Shown: in pieces, positions 1 through 14,000 of the stretch | How positions within the stretch are numbered: the stretch's first letter is position 1 | Layout: the number at the start of each line of letters is the position of its first letter | NCBI GenBank assembly: GCA_048128005.1 | Contig: JBEUKZ010000082.1 | Location: 1-64,000 of the forward strand | Source: Veleropilina oligotropha | Taxonomy: Eukaryota | Direction of reading: 5' to 3' | DNA: 64,000 bases | Notes under the pieces: model-generated | What the model saw: only the letters and a program-made list of their open reading frames with translations | Told to the model about the DNA's origin: nothing | Databases searched by the model: none | Program-made: the position numbers and the translations under genes

Positions 1-1134
1 AAGATATGATACACAGGTGGTATTACAGTTATATTTATTTATAAATGTTGTTACTTAAAAATATATCGCGACAGTCGCCTGGACAGCAGTGTGAATCACC
101 AATGAAAAGTGCGGGTGAGACCACGTGTTGCACGGGCCATTGACGTGTGGCAACGCATTGTAAATCTATCAAACTTGCTCAACGATGCATAAATATTATT
201 TACAAAGAAATAATTATTTACAACATCGTCTGTCCTGCAAATTCATTGCTATAGTGTCATTCACGTAGTAATCGTTGAGGCCCGCAAACATCCCGCTTTC
301 ATTGAATATCAACTCTCCCATGCAGAAATGTGATTTCGCAATCATATATGGTAGGGAGTATTCTTACTCTTTTCGTTGGAGAGTGCAGCACAGGGGGATA
401 ACCCGTGCAGAAAACCGAAAGTGAATCTTCCGTCTAAGGAAGATGAATGTGCAAAGTGTATTTGGGGAAGTTACTGATTAAATTCGAGTGAAAACCGATA
501 TTAAAGCATACAGTTAGATGTTTTTGTTATCTTTGTAAGTAAAAATATTCCTCAAAGGGGGCACTTATACATGTAAAATTTTAAATATGCTAGGGGGGCG
601 CCTATACATTAAAATATTTAAAAAGAAAACAGAACAATTTGCAAGTCCATCACTACTTGACTAGACTTTCATTTGTCGCAGTTGTTATAAAACTACCATT
701 TAGCAATGTGTTTTCATCAAATTCAAATCAATTAAATGATCTTTGTAATCTATAGATCTACTAATTTATTAGCTTAATTGTAGTGATATTAATGTTTGGC
801 CAATATATCCTGTAATTGAGAATCCTGCAATATCCGTTTGCCAGTGGTAACTGCAGTATATTGTAGACCTACATCCTGTTGTTGCCAGCCTATGGAGTGT
901 ACTGCATTGCCTTTCCTGGTAACCTGACACTAAGTTGTGTTGTTTGATGCAATTAAGCTGTTGGCTGGCCACACTTCTCAGCTCTGGGGTTGTAGCAGGT
1001 CCCATATGCTGTTGGAATCCTAATGGTGTTAGATCTACCCCAGAGCGCAGTTAATTTTATCTCAGCCTGCTATATGGCATTCACTGGAATTGACTTTTGA
1101 TAAAATGAAGTGAATTAATGAGATCTCTATGTTA

Positions 1135-1400
1135 GGGAGGCCGCTTCAGTAGCGCAGTGGGTAGAGTATCCACTCTAACTTCACTGGCTTGTTTCCGCTG
1201 ACGCGAACAGTAGTGGGATCGACCCCCGGCTGAGGCACCACACATTTGTTCAAGTTATGAAGCACAGTTGTCCGTGACTGGCCGAAGAGGGCGGGTTTAC
1301 CCGGGCGACCGGGGTTTCCTCCCGCGATAACACGGACATGTCCTGCCTTGAACCTCGATGTTGTAAATATACAGGACATTAAGCATAATTCCTCCTCCTC
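1135..1400 (+). mobile_element. tRNA-derived SINE, full length
   Basis: A box TAGCGCAGTGG, B box GGGATCGACCC, V-SINE-like core GGGTTTACCCGG..CCGGGGTTTCCTCCC, (TCC)n tail, TSD CTATGTTA (1127-1134 and 1401-1408). Confidence 0.9.
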
Positions 1401-1562
1401 CTATGTTAGGGTCAGTGCTGTACGCTCACTTCTCAGCTTAGGAGTGCAGTGCTCCTGCGTTTCAAATTTTAGGAGCAAAAATAAAAATTTAGGACCTCTG
1501 TTCAATATTTGACACAAGTCAGACATCTTACTGGGTTAATATATTTTATCTCGTTTGGATTT

Positions 1563-2405
1563 CAGGGCTAGATTTTAGACGAGAATCCGCGAATCGATTC
1601 GCCTGAAGAGTCGCGCAAGATGTCAAATGGCGAATCAATTTTGATTCGCGCAAAAATATGGAATAAAATTTGTAAAAATAACCTTTTTAATATAATCCGT
1701 TGTTAAATTATCGTCCATATAAGCATTTTAATCATAGAACAATTTCCGCACTGCTCCAACCTCGCAATTCCAACAGTGAAAACCACTTTTTGGTTGTCGT
1801 TATTGTAACGTTGTTCTGCTCGATCAATGTCGGTGGTTTCCGTGAACAGGCAGCGACCTCTATCACCGTGCTATTTTCGTTCACGGAAACGCAACCGATT
1901 TCTATATCCCGAACGAGTACAAGTATTGTCCATGCGGTTTGCATAAAAAGCGACTAACGTGAGGAAAGTGAATATTTTTTGCGCTGAAAACATGGTAGTT
2001 TCCAATTTTCGGCTTTTTATTTCATAATAGAAAACAGCATGTCCGTAAAATCTGAAAGTATTAGACATTTGTTTAGTTGTTCTATTTATCGCTAAAAAAA
2101 GACGACATTCAGTATTTCAGGTAGTGATTGACAGGTCGATAGCCAACGAAAACAGCAGAAACGATATATACGGAAGCTGTGACCACTATACATATCAAAA
2201 TCTTTATTCAATAGTGTTATATGGCTACCAAATATTAATCTTTAGATATAATATCACTGGTACATAATGGAAGTCACCAGACAGTATTCATTGACGTTCA
2301 ATGGAAAAAGTTATAATTTACTTATTGGATTCGCCTGGATTCTCGCAAATTATTTGACGAGAACCAACTTAGATTCTCGCGAAATTTTACGAAATTCTAG
2401 CCCTG
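1563..2405. mobile_element. MITE with CAG ends and 5-bp TSD
   Basis: TIR CAGGGCTAGA / TCTAGCCCTG; TSD GATTT. The 54.38-kb paralog has a single GATTT (empty site). Confidence 0.88.
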
Positions 2406-2779
2406 GATTTATGAAGATAGTATGACCGGTATTTGCAAGAAAGAATTTTTTTTTTAGAAAATGTTGGCTAGTGCTCCCTTAATTATGTCTCCCCATCCCT
2501 GTGGGGAGACATACTGTTTTTGTATCGTCCGTCTGTCCGTCCGTCCGCTCTTACCACAGTTACATTGTGGGGTTAAATGTACGATAAATCAGTCCTTGTG
2601 GGGTTAAACCAACCTTATGGGGTTAACCCCACAAATTCATATTTTTTTTTGTATAAAATCGTTCTGTGGGGTTATTTAATCATATGACAGCTAACCCCAG
2701 AAGTATATGTCCATACCCTAATTTGTCCATCCTGTAGGTTGTCCATGTTTGCATTGGACAATACTGCGTTTCCTACATA

Positions 2780-3016
2780 TACAGTTCGGTAATTACATCA
2801 GTTCGGCCGATTACAGTTCAACAGAATGAAGATATCGCGATTTGATTGGTTGAAAATCATGGAAACTTTAGTTCGGTCGATAACAGTTCAGCAGATACCG
2901 CATGAAGGCGTTTTGCTTGGTTGAAAATCAAGAAAAATGGTCGCACATGCGCATTAGTTACACTCGTCTGCAAGCACGATGGAGTAAATGCGGGAATTGG
3001 CTTGAGAATAGGTAAG
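2780..3016 (+). promoter_or_regulatory. Putative promoter and non-coding first exon of the YR gene
   Basis: A ~70-bp tandem duplication contains ATTGG/CTTGG-TTGAAAATCA (inverted CCAAT-like box). Strong splice donor AG|GTAAGC at 3011/3012. The ATG exon begins with an acceptor at 4656. Confidence 0.45.
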
Positions 3017-4657
3017 CAATCAGTTATTTAGTTAACATTATTTAGATAGCATTTACTTTAAATGTATAAATATAAATGTTATAGAATCAGTACTCATTTA
3101 AGTATTTTTGAAGCAACGTTTAAGAGTAATTTCGAATCGGATATATTCAAATTATTTCCCTTTATAGACGGTGAATCTGATGTTTGCTGCAAATTTTTTA
3201 CTTTTAGTTATTACGTTACTGTGGGACTTGCAATAAAAAAATAAGCGTTTCACGCTTTTCTTAGTAACATGGGTCGCTCCTTTGGTGACCAAACCAATTC
3301 ATTCAGTCGCGTTTCGTCGTAATTCATGTTTTAAATTTCAAAGATGGCGGCCCTTTCGCATGCGGTCTAGTATCAATACGATATGTAGACAAGTTGTCAA
3401 CAGACTGGTTAATGATGAGTAATGATCTGTACACGGGCTAGTATGGTGGGTTCGTATAATAATTATTGTAATGTACTGCCATAATTAATAGAGACAATAC
3501 GGTCGTAGGTTGGCCTTTCTGTGACTCGCAACGTATCAGTAAGTGAAGATGTCTGGAATGATCACGTGACGTCTAGTAAAGTCAGCTGTCGTTTGAGAAA
3601 GGAAATAATTTAAATAACAAAGAATTATTGTTTGTTTTAGTTATTACTTGCCTGTATCTGTAAAAGTAAAATAGTTAAACCTCTTGTGTGTACAAATTTA
3701 TACCATTTAAAATATGTATTTCACTATCAATTAAGTTCGTTTTAATATCCAGTTGAATCATTATCCATGCGTCTGTCGGACATTTTTGTTGTGATGTATT
3801 TTTTAAAAGATTTGTCATAAGAATTATTTCACAAGAGATGAATAGATTGAAATATATTAAAAACCATTTATAATATGTAACAATATAATTATTTATCCCA
3901 GTATTAAACATTCTTTGAAAAGTCGCTTATGAAAACAAATTATCTCCCTTTGGCGATATTGCTTCCTTTTTGATAAAACGTATTTTGAGCAAGCTATTTT
4001 ATTCCAATGACTTTATCTTATAAATAATAACATGAATATATAAATACTGTTAATTAAATTCATTTTAAACACCTTAAACTAAGTTAATCAATATTTTAAA
4101 CAATTCAAATACTTCAAGAAATCTTATTTGTTTACATTGAAGTGACAAACTAGTCCAGTGTTGAATATTTTTTTATTTTCAAAATTGATATGCTATGTTA
4201 TTTGTAATGCCAGTATGTTGCATGGCGATGTCACAGTCTCTTCATCCACATAATGTGGCATCTCCTTCTTCAATATACATCTACAATCTAATCGAAATTT
4301 CAGGACAAGTAGATTTTTTGTCAGGACAAGTGACATTATATATCTAAATGTCCTGCGGGCAAGTAACATTTAAAAGATTTTTTGACCCCTGCCATTATTT
4401 AATTAACAATGTCTTTCGATAACCTTTTAATGATTGCTTATTAACGATGTCACCATGTAGGCATATCAATTGAATTTTCACCTTAATTAAATAGTGGCAC
4501 ATTTTCACAACTCTTCACCCACTTCACAGCTCTCATTTGTTCTTTAACAATTACCATCTTATGATAAAATATGTTGAAATGTATTTGAATGCTTTAACAG
4601 GTTTAAAAGTGGTTATACATGCAGATAACTGAATTAGTAAATTCTGTTTTTTTAGAA

Positions 4658-7600
4658 ATGGACAAAGTCAAGAGAGGTCCAGACATGAAAAAAGGCAAGA
4701 GAGGTCCAGACTCGAGCTTAGATTTTATCTGGGCATCTATGCCAGGCATGCCGTCTTCAGTCCTCTGGCCTGTAAAACGAATAAGAGTAGAAGATGGAAA
4801 AATAGAAGTCTTTTGCAAGAGCGACAATGCAGAGTGAGTATATTTTCATGTCAAGGTGTCTAGTGTTAAGTGAAAGATTAGTCATATACTAATTAATATA
4901 ATTAAAAAAATTCCACTAAAAATTGACAGTGCGCTAATTTGTCAAAATTGACATCCACGTACTTTGTTAGGGCTGTTGTAGAAAAAAGGCTATGGGGGTG
5001 TGAAGGCACTTCGATTTCAATCCCACCACCTGTAAAATTTAAATAATTGAGATAACCATAACCTACATATTTTAATAAGAGGAAAATAAGACGCTACAGA
5101 ATATTTTTTTGGCCCGTAACCGACTGAGGTGCGTGGGTTTCACCGCTTAATCCGGGCTTTCCTTCCACAGCAATATAGACTAGTCATGGTATAGACCGAA
5201 AGTTGCATTAAATGGGACGAAAACATTAACTCTGTCAGTCAGTTTAATTCTGCAAAATTTCCTGCTTTGATTAATATATGCGAAGATTATTACACCGCAA
5301 CCTCGCGTTGCAACCTCGTTATAACGCGAGAGTCGGGGTCCAAATATTTCTGCTTGCGTTATATCCGATCGCGTTATACGAATGTTGGTCAAATTTACAT
5401 TGATGCATAATTAGCATTAAATTGATATTGATATTCAGTTATTCACTGTTTATCATCATCAGGTGCAATAATTATTAAAATGATGAAGCCTAAATTAAGT
5501 TTATAATAATGTACATTATTAAATATTTTGTTGGTAAGTATTAATAAAAAAATAAAAGATCACATAAATTTATGTACGTACTTGATAATATCTTTATTTG
5601 GACCATTCTGGAAATGGCTTCCCCAAGTCATGTTCTATAATCTCACGAGGCTGATTGTAAAAACATCTATTGTCTTGTTAATTGGTAGTCCAAATGCTCA
5701 TTGTAGTCCAGCCATAAGATTTATTTCAAACTTCTACACGAGCTCAGATAAACAGGAAGTTACTGCCTAATTATCGCGTATTAATATATAAGTATATTTT
5801 TATTTTCATTTGGTGATTAAATAAATTATTAGAGCAGTTATATGATGCTAAGTCAATAAATATAGACCTTATACTGGGTAATTTTGTCAAAGTGGATGTA
5901 AATACTGCAAATATAATGGGTACTATTTTCTGGATCAGCATTCAATGCGTGAATGGCCAAACACAATGGCAGCTAACAATGGTCAGGTCGCGATGTTGCA
6001 CTCGACAGAAAAGATCATTGGCATTATACCATTGATACTATTGTTTGGTAAAGAACAATACAAGGTATTTAATCTGAATTAATTGAGGGGTTCTCGACTA
6101 AACTGTGGAATACTGCCTTGAATTAAATAAAGCAACAAACTTGATCTAATAACAAACGGAGTTTGGAAAATTATTTAATTACATGTGGATTATTCCATTA
6201 AGTATAATAATACAAACATCGGTGATGGAACACTTACGCGCCTTCTAGTACAATCAATTCATCATATTTTATACACCTGTAACTGTTATCCGTTTATCGC
6301 GATATGAATTCATTATTGCACTTTAAAAGTGATTTCATAACATTATAAGGACTAAATATTTTGGGAGCCATGGTCGGCCCCGCGTTATAACCGATTCCGC
6401 GGTATATCGGGGCGCGTTATATCGAGGTTGCGGTGTACATCATATACTAGTTTAAAAACCATTTATTTCCTGCGCTTCCTCTATATTTGTCTTGAATGTA
6501 CAAATGTATGTTGGTCAGATCGGTGTGAGACCTTATACCGGGTGTCCCGACTGCGTTAAGGCTGAAAAATTGCTAAAAGTAGTGTAAAACAAATTTACCT
6601 ACCTTCCTTGAATGTACATGTGAAGCAGTAACTGTTCTTCTGACAGGATTACTTTAAAGCCATCAGCAAAGATTCTACCTTTTCCTGGAGATCTTCAGCA
6701 GTGGCAGAAGAAAGGAGAATGTAATAGTTGATTTGTGTTAACCCCAATAAAAATAAATGTATGGTATATATATATGCAAATGCTCATCTGTCAGAAATTG
6801 TCATCGAATCTCTTGAAATTATGCAAGACATTTGATGTGAAGATTGTTTCAAATTTTTTCACACAAAGGAAAACTTCTAATGGCCACATTAATATCTGTG
6901 TATTGTATTAGAGCATGTTAGTGTCTGCTATGCAGTTGCATTTCATATATATTAAGCAAATGCGTGCATAACTCGTCAATTGCATTTCTTTCTTTGCAAT
7001 TAAGTGCATTTTCAAATCCCTTTGGGACTGGACCATTTAATATAACTTAAGTGAAGTGTGTTTTTAAAAATGTCTATTTCCTGATATCTGATTTTCCTCT
7101 GATTGGTGAAAGTGATAATGAAATCACTGATTCACATTACTTGTATCTGTAATGATAAGTCAAACTTCGATTCCAGTTAAAGCAAAAAATGAAACTTTGT
7201 CTGTTCCTGTAATCTGTATAACTGTGGCATTAATTCTGGCAAGATTTAATCATGCGTCGTAAGATAATTACTTTGATTCTTAATATCTTATCCCGTTCGA
7301 AAACAGACTACAATTGTACAACTTGAAATTGACTCTATATTAAGCTGGAAACAGAACAGCTTATAATAACAGAAATATTTCTGATAAATACTTATGTATA
7401 CCATACAGTTATTTTTTGTTAGCAAATGGTTATTTTTTTATACTGGCTGTTTTAATTTTGTTGATATTTGTTTTTTTAGCTATGTTGCCCTGGTTTTGTT
7501 TTGGCATTTGGGGACCTAGTTGGCTATTATTAATCTGGTCGGAATTATTACCTGTTACTGTAACATTGACACCAATTGGAAATATACATGAAAATTGAGA

Positions 7601-8030
7601 AATATCCAAGTACATCTGGTATTGTCATAGTCCAGTGTCCTTACAAATCCTTACAAATCTGTCACTAACACACCCATTGTCTTCTGATTCTTTTGAATTG
7701 AAACGAATTTAATATTTACTGTTAATATAACTGATCCTGGTGCAAACATACAAATTCTATCCAATTGCAATCATCAATTTCATATTCAATGTTTTGGAGC
7801 ATTTTTCATTAACCAGAATTCCAACACTTTGATAGTTTGACAAATAATTCTTACGAGTCAAAATGCAAGTTTTGATGTAAAGGATTTAATTTGTCTTTGA
7901 TTTTTTAAGTTTATAATAAGTAATAAAGGAAAACTGAAATGTCAAAACCTTTATTTTTTAGCTGCTTTGAAGAAAAAGAGCAAAACATTAAGGGCATTTC
8001 ATGAAGATGTGGATTGGGCCATGATGTGCA
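4658..8030 (+). CDS. PWWP-like domain encoded by coding exons 1-3
   Basis: Spliced peptide LDFIWASMPGMPSSVLWPVKRIRVEDGKIEVFCKSDNAEITLKPSAKILPFPGDLQQWQKKGESALKKKSKTLRAFHEDVDWAMM. It follows the PWWP pattern (VWAK.GYPWWP..V.FFGD...L.PF then a basic segment and C-terminal helix), with a degenerate PWWP motif. Confidence 0.65.
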
Positions 8031-11000
8031 AACACGAGGATACTCCACTGGTCCCCAAGAACAGCGAGGATACTTCACATACTCCACTGGTCACCAAGAA
8101 CAACGGGGATACTCCACATACTCCACTGGTCACCAAGAACAGCGAGGATACTTCACATACTCCACTGGTCACCAAGAACAACGAGGACACTTCACTGGTC
8201 GCAAAGACCAACGAGGATACTCCACATACTCCACTGATCACCAAGAACAGCGAAGATACTTCACATACTCCACTGGTCACCAAGAACAACGAGGACACTT
8301 CACTGGTCACCAAGACCAACGAGAATACTTCACTGGTCACCAAGAACAACGAGGATACTCCACTGGTCATCACGAACAACGAGGATACTCCACTGGTCAT
8401 CACGAACAACGAGGACACTTCACTGGTCACCAAGAACAGCGAGGGTACTCCACATACTCCACTGGTCACCAAGAACAACGAGGACACTTCACTGGTCACC
8501 AAGAACAACGAGGATACTCCACTGGTCATCACGAACAAGTTGTCAAAATATTTGATAACTGAGATAGGATCGCTGGATTTGACTAATTGGGATTATTCAA
8601 ATGTAAAGAAGACAGCCGTTCTGACTCTGGCACGACTTACCCTCTACAACCGAAGGCGATGCCATGAAGTTCAGGCCTTGAGGTAAATTGTATTAATAGT
8701 ATTATTTTGTCTACATATAATACGAAAATAGTGTTCAGTAAGTGTCGAAACGTATTTATTTTTCTCTTCTGGTTATTTAAAATGTCGATCGCAACCCACA
8801 CATCTTCACCAGATATGGACTACCATGACGGATAACTCTTACGTGCCTTCCACTGGGAAATTAATCCACACTGCCAAAGCAGTGCAGTCTGGTGAGAGAA
8901 GCAATGCTTTTATCACTGAACCATGACGACAACCTCCTCTTGCATAGGCATATTCATGATAGGTGTGGAATTTCAGTGATGCGAAAGTGACTAGTATTGG
9001 AGTCACATAATTATAAAATAAATGTTGTACAATTATATCATTCAATATGACCAAGTTCTCATTGTCACCTTTCAGTGTTTTTTTATTTAGATGTGCAACC
9101 TATACAACCTTTAAATCATTTTCCTTTTTAGGGTTGATGTCTACAACAGGAGGAAAGCAGGTGTTGATGAAGTAGCGCTCGAAATGCTCAGAGAGCTGAC
9201 ACCCTTTGAGAACGAGCTTCTAAAACGCCAAGAAATGGTTGAAATCAGGGGCAAGGTAAGGCTTGGTATATGTGTTATTTGCATAAAGTTATGATAGTTT
9301 AGAGATTATCATATCTAGAAATAAATTTAAGAGATGATAATAAACACAAATCTCAATATTTAATAAAAGGCTTGTGCTTTTATTGCAGTATCGATATATC
9401 TTAAATTTTTTTTATAGATATGATAATATCTATGCCGTCATAAATGCAAAGATCGCATACATAGTGTCCGTTTAATTGGCGTTAAATCCCATTTTACAGG
9501 ACATTAGGATTCAGCATCTTTAAAAAGCAACTAACAACAAAGTTAAACGTAACTATTATTTCACCATATCAATATCCTAGTACATATGCGTTGTGCTGCT
9601 GTTAACATGATACATTTTATTTTGCTCTTCTGAGCATACATATACATGTAACATATTCAGACACCTACAAAAATTTCGATACCAATTGAGGACCATTTTG
9701 TCAACTACTATTTTATGTTACAATTTAGTTGTTATTGTGGCTAATTAACTCTCAATATTAACTGATATAAGCTAACTCAACAAATTTTTTTGTTGTACAT
9801 TAAATGTTGATATGATAATTATGCATTGTTTCTTGTATTTTACACTATGAACATAATGTTTTATTTTATCTCAGACTGGTAGAGGTGTTCCAGTAATATT
9901 GCCAGCAGACACGCTTAAACCTTTGCAGTTTTTAGCCAATCCAGATGTAAGAGCAACAGCTGGAATACAAGTCACCAATCCGTATCTCTTTGCGAATTCA
10001 CGTAAGTGATTCTAACTAAATTGTTTTCCTATTTATAAGTATTCGGTAGTGAATTATAATATTGATAACTGATAACCAAAGGATATTTTTGTTTTGCACC
10101 CCAGCAATTGTACCCGGAATGACAACAGTTTATATAATTCAGCTTTTATATAAAATTTGGATGATCAGCACTCTGTTTAATGTGTTAGCGATTGTGCAAT
10201 GTATGGTGTCCGTCAACTTGCACTTATTACCACTACTCCAAAGTGTCGGGTCACATGGACACGAGACGGTCACAATTTTATTGGTGCCCCTCGTTACTTA
10301 AATCGTGTATAGAAAGCTTCCCATGTCACAGATATGAATATTGTACAAAGCAAGTGTCAATTCACGAAACTGTCAATTCACGAAACTTATGGTGTGCTAG
10401 ATCATTTTAAGTGTTGTTCTAGCCATGGTCATTTTCATAATTTCCATTTTGTCTTTATTTGAACAGTTGCTGGGGTGTTCCGAGCATATGATGCCATTAG
10501 AAATGTCACTATCCAGGCTGGGTTGGTAATGCCACAACTTGTGAGGACCAGCAACATGCGAAAATATATGGCTACAATGCTTCAGGTAAATATCTACTGT
10601 AAAATATGGCTTTAGTTTATGGTATCACCCAAAATTGGTGGCATTTATCTTAGGATATTTTGTTACAACAGTGGAAAGAAAACTGCAATTTTTGTCAGAT
10701 TTTGTTTAATGATAAAGCAGTGATATATGTTAAACTTTATTTTTTAGTTTCATTACGAAGCTATGCTGGTCATGGTGCATAAATTAGTTTTACAGGCCTT
10801 TTACATGCCGATTCTCTGTACTAACTGCTACACTATTGATCAATACAGCCGTACTGGGATATTTTGTATGTAGTTGTCAACATTTTGTTTTGCTGAATGC
10901 GGTTCACATTATCTGGTTTCCATACTCTAGGATGCCATACCTCTAAAGGATGATATACACCCATTGTTCATGAAGCCAAGAACCTCAGCTGTTTAATTTG

Positions 11001-14000
11001 GGAAATTATGCATGTTTATTTTGTGTCTGTCTGACTTAATGTCCCATCGGTGTTGCACACATGCATTGCAATAAATGACAAATACCGCCCTAAAATTCTT
11101 ATCGTCAGGCAAATATGACATTTTCTTTTGTATGATTTTGAGTGAACATTTTCTTGCTTTTAGTCACTCGATACGAACGACTCGGAGAGACAGTGGGTTG
11201 TTGACCATCTGGGACATACGATGAATATACACATGACAAGTTACCGTCAAACGTCCGACATTTTGGAGAGAGTTGATGTGTCCAAACTACTATTGATCCA
11301 AGATTTTGGGTTGGTTCATTCCTATGTCGGCAAGAAGTTGAAGGATATACAACTGGATGGTGAGTGATATTTTAATTTTGGCAAATACACTTGCAGGTAT
11401 GTTGCCTAGAAATATTTGAGTGCGGGTAAAATATTTTTCAATGTATATTTTTGACGCCGTATGAAAACGTATTACACATTATGTATTTCAAAAACCAATT
11501 TCTTGACACCCGAGTGACATTTAGATCATACATATTATAAAATGTATCATAAATTTTATATTGATATTGTTAAAATAGCGTGACTGTTTGTGCACATTGA
11601 TTAATCCAAATATACTGCTGGATGGAAAATAAATATTTATGCTTGTGCCGCTTGACAGTACAGACTGCCGGGTGCGACCAATCGGCATCAACCGGCATTG
11701 GCACATCCTTGTGGGGTCACCTGACCATGGTGCAGCTGCTGTGGGGTTGGTCATTTATACACCTATGTATGTTGGACACCTTGTGGGGTCATCTGACCAT
11801 GGTGCTGTGAGGTTGGTCATTGATATACAGCTATGTATGTTGGACACCTTGTGGGGTCGTCTGACCATGGTGCTGTGGGGTTGGCCATTGGTATACACCT
11901 ATGAATGTTGGACACCATGTGGGGTCGTCTGACCATGGTGCTGTGGGGTTGGTCATTGATATACACCTATGAATGTTGGACATCTTGTGTGGTCGTCTGA
12001 CCATGGTTCTGTGGGGTTGGTCAGTGGTATACACCTATGAATGTTGGACACCATGTGGGGTCATCTGACCATGGTGCTGTGGGGTTGGCCATTGGTATAC
12101 ACCTATGTATGTTGGGCACCTTGTGGGGTCATCTGACCATGGTGCTGTGGGGTTGGTCATTGGTATACACCTATGTATGTTGGGCACCTTGTGGGGTCAT
12201 CTGACCATGGTGCTGTGGGGTTGGTCATTGGTATACACCTATGAATGTTGGACACCTTGTGGGGTCATCTAACCATGGTGCTGTGGGGTTGGTCATTGGT
12301 ATACACCTATGAATGTTGGACATCTTGTGTGGTCGTCTGACCATGGTTCTGTGGGGTTGGTCAGTGGTATGCACCTATGTATGTTGGACACCTTGTGGAG
12401 TCGTCTGACTAGGACACTGTTTGGTCAGTGGTATACACCTATGTATATTGGACACCTATTCCTTGCATGCGTATAAACAGTATAAGCTTCTTTTATTATT
12501 CCAGTTATATAATATTTCAGCACGATAGTGGCAGTGTGGTCAGATTTGATACATTGAAAAATTTGACAATGACCATTGATAAAACCATGAAATGGACTAT
12601 TGCTTTTATTTTCACCAAATATTGGCGTTTCTGTATTACCATATCTATAGCGCTAGGGTTTTTTCTGAACACCTTGCCATAAGTCCACGTTATTGCTATG
12701 CACCGGAAGCGAATTATACTGTTATAATTGCGCCTAAGAGAAAGTTTCACCACACCACCCCTCTGCCAACAAATAGACGGTCCCGAAACCAAGGCGATAG
12801 TCATAGCAATAAGGTGGACTTATGGCAAGGTGTCTAGAAAACCCCAGCTAATAGATACAGGAATTACTATAAATTCCTACTGTTTAGTTACATATTTCCT
12901 TATACAGATTAATGATGTATGAAGCATAATTTAATCATGATTCATTGAAGAACCGCCAACATGCAAATATCTTGCTCTGTCAAATATCTCAGTTTTTAAT
13001 TAGTAAAAACATATGGTGAGTGTGTGACTACTACAGATTGATTGCAACTCATGCACGCCCTTACAGACATTACGCACACAGATACATCGCTTTGAAATGA
13101 TGTTAGTAATTGTAATATAGCATACTATGATGCAATTGCTTCATAACAGTGGCTTCATATTTGTCACATCATTTCTGCAATCAACCATCGATTCATCTAC
13201 ATGATCTTGCCAGGTTATTTTTACTCAACTACTTTATGCTTGCTTTTTCTTGTAGATATTATTTCGGAGATCGGGGTAAAACATGACATCACGTGTAATA
13301 CCGTTCCAACCAGTGCAGACGAACCATCTTTTGAAAATAATGAAAATTGTATTCCCGATCTTGTGGATGCATATGACAGTAAGTATTTTGGCAGCTATAA
13401 TTATTTTGCTATATGTGACTAGTCACTAGTAAGTTTTCTCGAATATCAATATTCTGTCAATAAGTATATATACAAACATTACTACGCTAAATATAAGGCA
13501 TTCAGAAAAATCTATCTCATGGCATGATCCTATTGAAGGATGAAGAATCCAAGAGTCAATTCCTCTGCCACCAGCTTCGGTAGTTTCATAATACCCTGGT
13601 CCCATCACTATTACTAAACCCAGGAAAGCCTTGATTTCTTCAACAAAAGTATCTTTACAATTTGAGTCATTATTTCTCACGTGACCTTTGTTACAGCTTT
13701 CAAATTTATTATATTTTCATATAAGACCCATTTTCTTCGAATAATTACACTGACCCAAATAAAATTTCTGCGGACCTGTTCTCTCCTCAAATTTATGAAA
13801 ACTTGCCAGTTTGAGTTATTTCCCCAGATGGCACTAGTCTGTACAAAATGTAGTGTCCACTGTTCCCTTTTTTCTTATTCGCTCATCATTTATTACAATG
13901 TGTCTCGTTATATAATATCTTAGGTTTGTATACTTCCGCGATGTCAAATAATACCGTATTTTTACTATAAATCTAATGCTTATCCAGAATTGTTCGTTAT

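Noticed and set aside
1135..1240. Functional tRNA gene
   Set aside because: The head continues into a SINE body with tail and TSD, and the cloverleaf is degenerate.
7999..8562. Alternative-frame and antisense ORFs over the YR exon 3 repeat
   Set aside because: Stop-free by-products of the repeat. Only the 7967 frame is splice-compatible and continues into YR motifs.
11708..12455. Possible CRISPR array (also 24745-25031 and 49770-50333)
   Set aside because: Head-to-tail tandem repeats without variable spacers, in eukaryotic context.
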